From: a virus
Taxonomy: Duplodnaviria; Caudoviricetes
Length of the DNA stretch: 52,343 nt
Strand: one strand, 5' to 3'
Virus record (IMG/VR): IMGVR_UViG_3300037761_000202
Coordinates: 1-52,343 of that record
Part shown: piece by piece, positions 44,431 through 52,078 of the stretch
Position numbering within the stretch: the stretch's first letter is position 1
Layout of the letters: every line of letters begins with the position of its first letter
Notes under the pieces: model-generated
What the model saw: the letters and a program-made list of their open reading frames with translations, nothing else
What the model was told of the DNA's origin: nothing
Databases searched by the model: none
Program-made: the position numbers and the translations under genes

Positions 44431-44726
44431 CGGGCACCTGCCAGCCGCGCGGCGTACGCCTGGTACTGCCGTGCGTAGCGCCGCCGTTGACTGGCTGCGT
44501 GAGCTGACTTGCACGGCCGGCACCGGCAACCCCACTGGCTGTAGGTGTGGTCCCGGCCGTGTGGCCGCAGCGTCGGGTCAGCCGCAAGCCGGGCCGTCCG
44601 GGCCGCCTTCATTCGAGCATGGAGCTCGGCGTGGCCGCGCCGGCACCGGCCACACCGGCAGCCGTAGTTCTGGTAGCCGCTGGCGCCGTGGGTGAAGCCG
44701 CCCTTCGGCGCGCGTGGGGCGTTCAT
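44427..44726 (-). CDS. Protein with duplicated HG-x-Y-x-GCRC-x2-C zinc motif
   Basis: HGASGYQNYGCRCGRC and HGRDHTYSQWGCRCRPC. Confidence 0.8.
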   Translation of the reverse strand: MNAPRAPKGGFTHGASGYQNYGCRCGRCRRGHAELHARMKAARTARLAADPTLRPHGRDHTYSQWGCRCRPCKSAHAASQRRRYARQYQAYAARLAGAR

Positions 44727-44914
44727 CGTGCACCTCGCGGTCCGTCGGGTCCGCCCGGGTGGGGTGTGGGGCGCGGCCAGCCGTCGTGAGGGTCGCGGTC
44801 CGGGTCGGGGTTGGGCTTGGGCAGCGCGGTCAGGGTGGTGGCCGTGGCCAGGATCAGCCCGGCGGCGACCAACGACCAGCCGGCCAGCGACCAGCCGATC
44901 AGCGCGGCGGTCAT
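44723..44914 (-). CDS. Small single-TM protein
   Basis: MTAALIGWSLAGWSLVAAGLILA; ATGA-coupled. Confidence 0.6.
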   Translation of the reverse strand: MTAALIGWSLAGWSLVAAGLILATATTLTALPKPNPDPDRDPHDGWPRPTPHPGGPDGPRGAR

Positions 44915-45021
44915 GACCCACCACCGGCGATGTCGATCACGGCAACGGCGGCCAGGAACGCCGAGATGGCGATCAGCCACAGCGCGGCGGCGATCAGCGC
45001 GGCGGACAGCCAGCGGCTCAC
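44911..45021 (-). CDS. 36-aa single-TM peptide (not in ORF track)
   Basis: MSRWLSAALIAAALWLIAISAFLAAVAVIDIAGGGS; GTGA/ATGA overlaps at both ends. Confidence 0.6.
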   Translation of the reverse strand: MSRWLSAALIAAALWLIAISAFLAAVAVIDIAGGGS

Positions 45022-45356
45022 CGGACACCCCCCGCCGCGGCTGCGTCGCGCTCCAGGTCCGCGATCTCAGCCTCAAGGCGCCGCCGCTCCGCGCGCAGCT
45101 TCTCGGTGCCGGTGTGGGCGAGCATCAGCATTACCGGCAGCGCCACCGGCCAGGCCACCAGGCAGACGCCCGCCGCCCAGACGGCGCGGCGGAACGCGCC
45201 GGTCCACCCGTTCTCCACCGTGTACCGGTGGCCGTACTCGCCTCTGCGCTCGACGAGGCCACGCCGGGACTGGTCGCCGAGGATGCGCACGAACACGGCC
45301 CGGCCGATGATGGCGCCGACGATGAGCCAGCCCCAGATGACCAGCAGGGGAGTCAT
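45018..45356 (-). CDS. Two-TM membrane protein with coiled-coil tail
   Basis: Two hydrophobic segments; ATGA-coupled. Confidence 0.7.
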   Translation of the reverse strand: MTPLLVIWGWLIVGAIIGRAVFVRILGDQSRRGLVERRGEYGHRYTVENGWTGAFRRAVWAAGVCLVAWPVALPVMLMLAHTGTEKLRAERRRLEAEIADLERDAAAAGGVR

Positions 45357-45832
45357 CGCGCACCTCGCACACGCTCGCGGCGGAGCGCGTCAGCAACCGT
45401 CACCGACGGGTCGTCGGCCATCCATGGGCGCAGGCGGTCCATCTCGGTCTCGTACTGGTCCCGCTTGACGGTGGCCCGGACGATGTTCTGCTCGCGCTCA
45501 TCCAGCCCGGCCTCGATCTCCGCCCACACAGCGGACTCGGTGCGGACGTAGTAGTAGCTGTCGTCCTCGGTTCGCCGCACTGCGATCGCTGACGGGAGCT
45601 TGAGCCCGGACAGCACTGGCTGATCCTGGTCGTCCTCATCGTTGGTGAGGCTGTTCAGGATGTCCTTGACGATCCGCTTGATCTGCTTGTGGACCAGCTC
45701 CCTGGCCTCAAGCTCGATGTCGCCGCCGTGGTCCGACTCGGCCCGTTGCGTGACGTCGTCCACAGTGCAGCGGCCGGTCTCGGCCAGGACCGCGTGCGCG
45801 GTCTCGCGTAGGCGGTTAGTCAGCTTGCTCAC
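45353..45832 (-). CDS. Hypothetical protein (coupled partner of the upstream HTH-like gene)
   Basis: AAGGA then GTG with GTGA overlap. Confidence 0.75.
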   Translation of the reverse strand: MSKLTNRLRETAHAVLAETGRCTVDDVTQRAESDHGGDIELEARELVHKQIKRIVKDILNSLTNDEDDQDQPVLSGLKLPSAIAVRRTEDDSYYYVRTESAVWAEIEAGLDEREQNIVRATVKRDQYETEMDRLRPWMADDPSVTVADALRRERVRGAR

Positions 45833-46545
45833 TGCTGTTCCTTCCACACCTCGTTGAAGTGGCTCAGCCACGCTGTGGCGGCGGGTAGTTCGTCGAGCCG
45901 AAACTGTTGGTATGGCTCGATTAGGTTGGGGATTTCCTCGGCCGCTGGCATGGCGGCGATGGTCTTGACCGCGTTGAAGAACGGGTAGAGGAGCGCGGTA
46001 CGTCGGTCCCGTTCCGCCTCGGCGGCTGGGTCGGGCACGTAGCCCAGTTCGGCGTTCAGCGCGTCGACCTCGGCACGGTGTTGCCGCCGTTCCGCGCGCT
46101 CGGCTTCGTGCTCGGCGATGGCCTCGTTGATCGCGGCCGCGATCGGGGCGGGTAGCGGGTCGACGGGGGGCTGCGGCCTTTCAAGATCGACCCTGGTGGG
46201 AATTCCCGTGGAAGTTGACCTTGGAGAGCGGTTCCTGATCTCGTCAGCCGTAGCGCCGACCAGCTGAGCCAGTTCGCCCTCACGGCGGCGCTGTGCCGGT
46301 GGCAGCGCGGCCTCTTCCGCGCGGACCTGCTCGACCACGCTGGCCGCGATCTCCCGGGTCGGGCGCATCGACAGCGCCCGCATGATCGGGGTAACCCGGT
46401 CGCTCCACCAGTCGGCGAAGCTGTCGTAGCCGAGGGTCAGCCAGGCTTCGTGCTGGACGATCCACTCGTAGTCGTCCTGGGCGTCGGCGAGGTTGCCGAT
46501 GAACGACTCTTCGCGGCGCGCGGCTTCCTTGACGTCGGCGCTCAC
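45829..46545 (-). CDS. Putative DNA-binding protein
   Basis: EAWLTLGYDSFADWW motif then HTH-like REGELAQLVGATADEIRN. Confidence 0.7.
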   Translation of the reverse strand: MSADVKEAARREESFIGNLADAQDDYEWIVQHEAWLTLGYDSFADWWSDRVTPIMRALSMRPTREIAASVVEQVRAEEAALPPAQRRREGELAQLVGATADEIRNRSPRSTSTGIPTRVDLERPQPPVDPLPAPIAAAINEAIAEHEAERAERRQHRAEVDALNAELGYVPDPAAEAERDRRTALLYPFFNAVKTIAAMPAAEEIPNLIEPYQQFRLDELPAATAWLSHFNEVWKEQQ

Positions 46546-46700
46546 CGGGGGTCTCCGTCGAGCCGGGGGCGCCGCGAGCTGTGAAGATAGCCGGGGTCGT
46601 CAGGGTCGTCGATCCAGTAGGCGCCGGGTTCGTCTTCCCATACGTCGGCGCCGTCGATGGTGCCGATCAGTCGCGGGTAGGTGTCGACGGGGGCGCTCAT
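46542..46700 (-). CDS. Small acidic protein
   Basis: MSAPVDTYPRLIG...; coupled at both ends. Confidence 0.6.
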   Translation of the reverse strand: MSAPVDTYPRLIGTIDGADVWEDEPGAYWIDDPDDPGYLHSSRRPRLDGDPR

Positions 46701-46930
46701 CGCGCACCGCCGGCCGGCTCGGCCGTGGGCTGGGCGGTGAACCACAGCCGGAGCGACTCGGCGTTGATTGAGATGTCGGTCCGGTCGGTGATCTCCCGGG
46801 CCAGGTCTCGCCAGCTGGTCGGCGGCTTGAACGGCGGGCCGTCCACCGCGCGACGCTCGCGCACGAACTCCAGGAGTGGAACTCCTAGTGCCGCCTCGAT
46901 GAGGCGGTACCGGTCGGAGGGTTGGGTCAT
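46697..46930 (-). CDS. Cro-like HTH protein
   Basis: SWRDLAREITDRTDISINAESLRLWF; divergent from the repressor; leaderless. Confidence 0.75.
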   Translation of the reverse strand: MTQPSDRYRLIEAALGVPLLEFVRERRAVDGPPFKPPTSWRDLAREITDRTDISINAESLRLWFTAQPTAEPAGGAR

Positions 46931-47058
46931 AGCTAAAGAGTTTGGCACTGCCAAGCATGCTTGGCAAGGTGAACCGCGTCCCCCGTTCGGGTAGTTTGGT
47001 GTAGCCAAACTGCCTAGGGACCATTGCCAAACTTCTTGCAAGTGGCAATACTCTTGGC
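46931..47058. promoter_or_regulatory. Lysis/lysogeny switch: divergent leaderless promoters and TTGGCA/TGCCAA operators
   Basis: Leftward TTGCCA-N17-CAAACT; rightward TTGCCA-N17-AATACT; palindrome TGCCAAGCATGCTTGGCA 46949-46966; AGTTTGG-N5-CCAAACT 46993-47011. Confidence 0.8.
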
Positions 47059-47499
47059 ATGGAGGAAGTGACAGCTATACGGCACGAGATCCCGCCGGAC
47101 CAGTTCCGCTACCGCGTGCTTCTCGCCCGTCTCCACGCCGGCCTGACCACTCGCGAAGCGGCCGACCGCTGCGGCACCAACTCGGCTAGCTGGTCAAACT
47201 GGGAGCGCGGCACCATGCCGCGCGACCTGCTGAACACCGTAAACAAGATCAGCGACGGACTCGGGATCGACCGGGATTGGCTGCTGTTCGGTGGCCAGCT
47301 GGCAACCGAGCGCCGACACCCCCGCGACCTTAATCATCGTTCCGGGCTGGTAACCGAAAGTATGAGCCCCCGCGCCAACACCCACCCCGCCGGCTCGGCC
47401 GTACGGCCCCCGCCAGCATCCACCACCCGGACAACCCGCCGACCCACAGCCACCACCGCAACCGGCCGCACGCGCAGACCCGCATGGCAGCACGGATGA
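47059..47499 (+). CDS. Immunity repressor (XRE HTH) with long disordered C-tail
   Basis: RLHAGLTTREAADRCGTNSASWSNWERG..P...ISDGLGIDRDWLLFG. Confidence 0.9.
   Translation: MEEVTAIRHEIPPDQFRYRVLLARLHAGLTTREAADRCGTNSASWSNWERGTMPRDLLNTVNKISDGLGIDRDWLLFGGQLATERRHPRDLNHRSGLVTESMSPRANTHPAGSAVRPPPASTTRTTRRPTATTATGRTRRPAWQHG
47344..47369 (+). other. Candidate attP core inside the repressor gene
   Basis: GGGCTGGTA-ACCGAAAG-TATGAGCCC: 9-bp imperfect inverted arms around an 8-bp asymmetric spacer, just after the HTH. Confidence 0.55.
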
Positions 47500-47567
47500 C
47501 ACCCGCCCGGGTGGCCACCACACCCCGGGTGCGACCCGCCCCACCCGGCCCGGCCCAGCGTCCGAGC

Positions 47568-48362
47568 ATGGACGACACCCCCCACATCAACGCCTGGCTG
47601 GACCACCTCGCCGCCGTCGGCCACCCCGCCACCACCCGCGACACGTACCGCTGCGTGCTCACCCGCGCGTCCCGGGAGTTGCCCCACGGCCTTGGCCAGG
47701 CGCTGCGGGAGGAGCTGGTCGCCTGGCTGGGCACCCACCGGTCCCTGGCCACCCGCGGCGCCTACCGGGCCGCGCTGACCTCCTTCTACCGCTGGGTCAT
47801 CAGCACGCGGCGACTCAAGGGCGCCAACCCGGCCGCCGACCTGCCGCGGATAAAGCGGCCGCGCAGGCTGCCCCGTCCGGTCGAGCATCACGAGCTCGCG
47901 CTGATCCTGGACCGGGCGGCCGAGCCGGTCAGGACGTGGGCGGTGATCGCCGCCTACGCGGGCGCGCGGTGTTGCGAGATCGCCCGGCTGGACCGGGCCG
48001 ACGTGAGCGAGCGGTCGCTGAGGTTGCACGGCAAGGGTGATGAGGAGCGGTCCGTGCCGGCGCACCCGCTGGTGTGGGCGGCGCTGCGTGACCTGCCGGC
48101 CGGGCTGGTGGCCGGCGGGCAGAACCCGTCGCAGGTGTCCCACCGGGGCAGTGCGCAGTTCCGCAAGCTCGGCGTGGCCGGCGGGTTGCACCGGCTGAGG
48201 CACTGGCACGCGACACACGCACTGGCGCACATCGGCAACCCGAGGGTGGTTCAGGAGCTGCTGGGCCACAAGTCGATCACGACCACGGCGGTGTACACCG
48301 CGGTCAGCGATGCGGCGATGCGCGCGGCGGTGCTGGCGCTGCCGCCGCCGGGTGGCGGCTGA
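47568..48362 (+). CDS. int: Tyrosine integrase/recombinase lacking the arm-binding domain (alternative start 47496)
   Basis: AYAGARCCEI (R), HGKG (K), HRLRH, LLGH, AVYT; about 264 aa. Confidence 0.92.
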   Translation: MDDTPHINAWLDHLAAVGHPATTRDTYRCVLTRASRELPHGLGQALREELVAWLGTHRSLATRGAYRAALTSFYRWVISTRRLKGANPAADLPRIKRPRRLPRPVEHHELALILDRAAEPVRTWAVIAAYAGARCCEIARLDRADVSERSLRLHGKGDEERSVPAHPLVWAALRDLPAGLVAGGQNPSQVSHRGSAQFRKLGVAGGLHRLRHWHATHALAHIGNPRVVQELLGHKSITTTAVYTAVSDAAMRAAVLALPPPGGG

Positions 48363-48384
48363 TAGCCGACCCGGACCCGCATGG

Positions 48385-48412
48385 TTGACAACGTGCCATG
48401 ACGTAGTACGCT
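48385..48412 (+). promoter_or_regulatory. Promoter of the ParB-ParB cassette
   Basis: TTGACA-N16-TACGCT; strong RBS GGAGAGGAGG before 48468. Confidence 0.65.
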
Positions 48413-48467
48413 GCCTAGCGGCAGGGGCCACGGGGGCTCCGCCTCAACAAGGAGAGGAGGAAGTTGG

Positions 48468-49457
48468 ATGCCTACGGCAACCGCTTCCCCGGAGAGGTCC
48501 AAGACGGTCGTTGAGATCGAGCGCCTTGGGTTCAAGTACACGGAGGTCGCCCAGTTCGACGTGACCCGGCTGGGCGCCGACAAGAAGGCGCGGGCCGCCC
48601 GGCGGGTCCAGGTGCGCGAGAGCGCGCACTACGCCCCGCGGGAGTCGATCGAGCGGTACGCCGTCCAGATGGCGCACTCGGAGTTCCCGCCGATCGTCGT
48701 CACCACAGACGACTACATCGTCGACGGGAACACCCGGATCGAGGCCACCCTGCTGCGGGACAACAAGTTCTTCCCCGCATTCGTGCTCGACGTGCCCTAC
48801 CGGGGCGGCAGCGAGAAGCAGGCCAACGAGCTGCACGCCCTGGCCGCGACCCTCAATTCGATGAACGGCACGCCGCTTACCGCCAAGGAGGTCCGCATCC
48901 AGGCCAAGGCGTTCATCCAGCTGGGCTGGAAGGCGGAGCAGATCGCCCGGGCGATCGGCGTCAAGCCGTCCTCGGTGACCGCCGTGAAGAAGGAGATCGA
49001 CGCGGCGGCCAAGCTTCAGCGGGTCGGCATGGACCCGAACGGGTCGCTGCGGGGTGCGTCGCTGCGGGCGCTCGGGGCCAAGGATGCGCTCACCCTGAAC
49101 GACGTGCCGTTCAAGGAGCTGGCCAAGCTGTCGGCAGACGCCGGGCTGAACATGAGCGAGATCGCGTCAACGGCCAAGGAGATCAAGGCTATCGGTTCAG
49201 ACACCGGGCAAGTCGACAAGCTGGCAGCGTTGCGGACCGAGCTCGGCGACCGTATCCGGGAGCACAAGCTGACCGGCAGCACCAAGCCGCCGAAGGGCCG
49301 CCAGCTCCGGCAGCACCTGGGGTTCGTCCTGAACTACGAGGGCCGGGAGTCGGAGCTGATCGAGACCGACCCGAACGTGGTGGGCCAGCACTACGCTGCG
49401 ATCGAGAAGGCGATCAAGATCCTGACCGCCCTGCTGGAAGCGCAGCGGGCGAAATGA
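48468..49457 (+). CDS. ParB/Srx-fold protein with HTH
   Basis: YAVQM...FPPIVVT...IVDGNTRIEA; NG.PLT; AEQIARAIGVKPSSV. Confidence 0.8.
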   Translation: MPTATASPERSKTVVEIERLGFKYTEVAQFDVTRLGADKKARAARRVQVRESAHYAPRESIERYAVQMAHSEFPPIVVTTDDYIVDGNTRIEATLLRDNKFFPAFVLDVPYRGGSEKQANELHALAATLNSMNGTPLTAKEVRIQAKAFIQLGWKAEQIARAIGVKPSSVTAVKKEIDAAAKLQRVGMDPNGSLRGASLRALGAKDALTLNDVPFKELAKLSADAGLNMSEIASTAKEIKAIGSDTGQVDKLAALRTELGDRIREHKLTGSTKPPKGRQLRQHLGFVLNYEGRESELIETDPNVVGQHYAAIEKAIKILTALLEAQRAK

Positions 49458-50707
49458 GCACCGGCGACGGGTACGCACTGGACATCGTGACCCCGGTGCG
49501 CCACGTCGCCACCGCACTGGACGGGGCGGCTCCGGCCGCCCTGTCCGTCGCGGATCTGGCGGCGACCTACACCCACCCGATCCCGGCTGACCTGACCCGG
49601 GTCAAGCTGCACGAGGGTCGGGCCACGGACGCCGAGGCGGTCGAGTTCCTGATCGAGCGGGCGTTGGCCGCGCTGAAGCACCGGGGCAAGTCCAGCCGGG
49701 CGAAGCCTCAGATCAACTCGGATTCCAGCGGCGGCTACTCGCTGGCCGTGCCGTTCGACGCGTTGGAGTACGAGGGGGAGAAGCTGGTCCGGCTGGTCAA
49801 GGCGGACGCGCGGGATGAGGAGCGGGCTTGGCGCGCGGTGTACAACGACATGCGCGAAGACCGTTCGTTCTATGTCAGCGTGGCCGGGGCTCGCGGTGGG
49901 GTTCAGGAGCGGCAGTACCGGCTGCACCCGCTGGCCAGGGTGATCCCAAAGATCCCGGAGAAGGAATTCTTCGAGCTGGTCGCCGACATCAAGCGGCATG
50001 GCGTGAAGGTGCCGCTGGTCACGTTCGACGGGTCCGTGCTGGACGGCCGGCACCGGCTGGCCGCTGCGGCGGCGTTGAAGCTGCCTGTGCGGATCAGTGA
50101 GTTCACCGGCACTGAGGACCAGGCCCGTGATCACGTGATCTCTCTGAACGTGAAGCGTCGTCACTTGACCATCGCGCAGCGGGGCCTGATCGTCATCGAG
50201 CTGTACCTGCCGGAGGCCGAGGCCAAGGCCGACAAGCGGCTGGAGGAAGGGCGCAAGAAGGGCGGCAAGGCCCACTTCCAAGATCACGATGCTCTAGACT
50301 CAAATGAGTCTAGAGCATCTCAGGCGACTAAGGCGATCGAGGAGGCCGCGCAAGCGTCCCAAGGCCTCGCAACCGTTGGCACCCTGGCCCGGATGGCACC
50401 CGTACGCAACGCCCCCAAGACCCAGGAACGCATCCGGTCCGGTGAGATCAAGAGCGGTTCGGCCGCGCGTCGCGAGGCGCTGAAAGAGACCGGCAGCAAC
50501 GAACCAGAGAAGCCGGCAGCCGTCCGGCAAGAGACCGCTTACCGGCTGCTCGGGCGCGCACTGGACAAGGTGAGAGGCGCGTGCGAAGCGTTGGAGCGGG
50601 GCGACATCGGCAAAGGTGGCGGAACAGCCCCGGGCGACATTGTGGACCGCATCAACGAGATCCGCACGTACCTGGACCGGGCGGAGCAGCTAACCAGCCG
50701 GCCCTAG
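49454..50707 (+). CDS. ParB N-terminal-domain protein with about 150-aa N-terminal extension
   Basis: HPLARVIP...LVADIKRHGVKVPL...VLDGRHRLAA...VISLNVKRRHLTIAQR; ATGA-coupled. Confidence 0.85.
   Translation: MSTGDGYALDIVTPVRHVATALDGAAPAALSVADLAATYTHPIPADLTRVKLHEGRATDAEAVEFLIERALAALKHRGKSSRAKPQINSDSSGGYSLAVPFDALEYEGEKLVRLVKADARDEERAWRAVYNDMREDRSFYVSVAGARGGVQERQYRLHPLARVIPKIPEKEFFELVADIKRHGVKVPLVTFDGSVLDGRHRLAAAAALKLPVRISEFTGTEDQARDHVISLNVKRRHLTIAQRGLIVIELYLPEAEAKADKRLEEGRKKGGKAHFQDHDALDSNESRASQATKAIEEAAQASQGLATVGTLARMAPVRNAPKTQERIRSGEIKSGSAARREALKETGSNEPEKPAAVRQETAYRLLGRALDKVRGACEALERGDIGKGGGTAPGDIVDRINEIRTYLDRAEQLTSRP
50288..50319. repeat. Perfect 32-bp palindrome inside the second ParB gene
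   Basis: GATGCTCTAGACTCA-AA-TGAGTCTAGAGCATC. Confidence 0.9.
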
Positions 50708-50715
50708 ACGCAAGG

Positions 50716-50753
50716 CGACCCCGGCAGCCAGCCGTAGCTGACCGCCGGGGTCG
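50716..50753. terminator. Hairpin between convergent genes
   Basis: CGACCCCGGC...GCCGGGGTCG. Confidence 0.55.
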
Positions 50754-50779
50754 GGGGCCCGCTGACAACGGGCCAGAGT

Positions 50780-51031
50780 CTACGCCCACCTCGGCCGCCA
50801 GCGGACCAGCTCGTCCGCGGCCACCAACCGCGGCAACCGGCCCGCCGGCAACACCGACCGGGACGTCACCAGACCAACATCAGCCGCGCCGTCCGCGCAC
50901 ACCCGCACCAGATCCGGCCACCGCCACACCACATGCTCCACCGTCCAACCGCGGCCCTGCGCCACCTCCGTCAAGTGCCGGATCACCCGGTCCAGCTGGT
51001 CACGCTGCGGCACGTAGAGCGCTGCCCGCAT
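50780..51031 (-). CDS. Small protein resembling a non-catalytic serine-recombinase N-terminal domain
   Basis: MRAALYVP...AQGRGWTVEHV...ADVGLVTS; GGAGG RBS; no YxRxS. Confidence 0.6.
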   Translation of the reverse strand: MRAALYVPQRDQLDRVIRHLTEVAQGRGWTVEHVVWRWPDLVRVCADGAADVGLVTSRSVLPAGRLPRLVAADELVRWRPRWA

Positions 51032-51165
51032 GGCGACGCCTCCCCCTCTCCCGCCACCAGAGTGATCGCCGGAGGTGCGCGCGTGGGGGTCATCCGGACG
51101 GCTCGGCCGGCTGTCGGGTTCCGGACTGGCCGCCCCTATGTAGAGACCCTGGTACAGTGAGGCCC

Positions 51166-51432
51166 GTGCAAGTGACTGTAGCCACGGCGAAGGTCCTGGC
51201 CGCGTTCCTGGACGCGCAGCCCCGGTACGGCCTGGAGCTGATGAGGGAGACCGGTCTGCAGTCCGGGACGCTGTACCCGATCCTGGCCCGGCTGGAGCGC
51301 GCCGGCTGGGTCGACTCCGCCGCGGAGGACGTGGCGCCGCAGTCCGTCCGCCGGCCGCGCCGCCGCTACTACCGGCTGACCGGGAAGGGCGACGCAGCCG
51401 CCCGCCTTTGCAGAGCCGCCCTCGCCCTTTAG
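51166..51432 (+). CDS. PadR-family regulator
   Basis: YGLELMRETGLQSGTLYPILARLERAGWV...RRRYYRLTGKG; TACAGT 7 nt before GTG (leaderless). Confidence 0.9.
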   Translation: MQVTVATAKVLAAFLDAQPRYGLELMRETGLQSGTLYPILARLERAGWVDSAAEDVAPQSVRRPRRRYYRLTGKGDAAARLCRAALAL

Positions 51433-51875
51433 GGCCGCCACTCCGGCTGGTAGTCGGGGTGGTCGTCGTCGACCACACCGAGCGACCGGAGGGTGGACAG
51501 TGCCAGCCCGTACTCGCCTGGTCCGGTCCCGGCGTCGTCGATGCTGGCCATGCAGTCGTCCACGATCTGCCGATCGGCAGCCACCCGGCGCAGCACCCGC
51601 GCCGGGTCATGGGCGGCGATGTGTTCAGCCTCCGCTATCCACCCCCGGGCCATCTCCGGGCAGCCGTCCAGCTCGTCGTCGCACTGCCACACCTGCACGT
51701 TCACGTCTCGCCGCCACTCCGGGCTGCTATCGCCGATGTCGGGGCCGTCGCCGACGCGGACTTGTGGCCCGTATGGGGCGTTAGTCACCGCCTGCCAGCG
51801 CTGCAGCGCCTCGGCACGCCTGGCCACCTGCTCAACCTCGGCCAGCCGGGCGAGCAAAAACTCCACCAGCGTCAT
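51429..51875 (-). CDS. DUF6221-like protein
   Basis: LVEFLLARLAE...AEHIAAHDPARVLR...DHPDYQPEWRP. Confidence 0.8.
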   Translation of the reverse strand: MTLVEFLLARLAEVEQVARRAEALQRWQAVTNAPYGPQVRVGDGPDIGDSSPEWRRDVNVQVWQCDDELDGCPEMARGWIAEAEHIAAHDPARVLRRVAADRQIVDDCMASIDDAGTGPGEYGLALSTLRSLGVVDDDHPDYQPEWRP

Positions 51876-52078
51876 GGCTCACTCCGATCAACGCACTGCC
51901 GCGGATGCGCATCCTCGTACAGGAACGCGACGCTGAGGCCCATCCCGAACACGGCGAAGACCAGAACGACACCCATAGCCACCCTGGCAGCACCCCAAAG
52001 GCCGGTCGCGCCGGTCGCGAAGCTGAACCCGACCGCCAGGCCCCCGACCAGCAGCCCGGTGATGACCAGCCAGCCCAT
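51872..52078 (-). CDS. Two-TM membrane protein
   Basis: Hydrophobic; TGATG/ATGA coupling. Confidence 0.7.
   Translation of the reverse strand: MGWLVITGLLVGGLAVGFSFATGATGLWGAARVAMGVVLVFAVFGMGLSVAFLYEDAHPRQCVDRSEP

Noticed and set aside
47329-47336. CTTAATCA as a tRNA-Lys anticodon-loop attP core
   Set aside because: Only 8 nt, with no following T-arm or acceptor sequence; no tRNA gene or half-gene seen in the window
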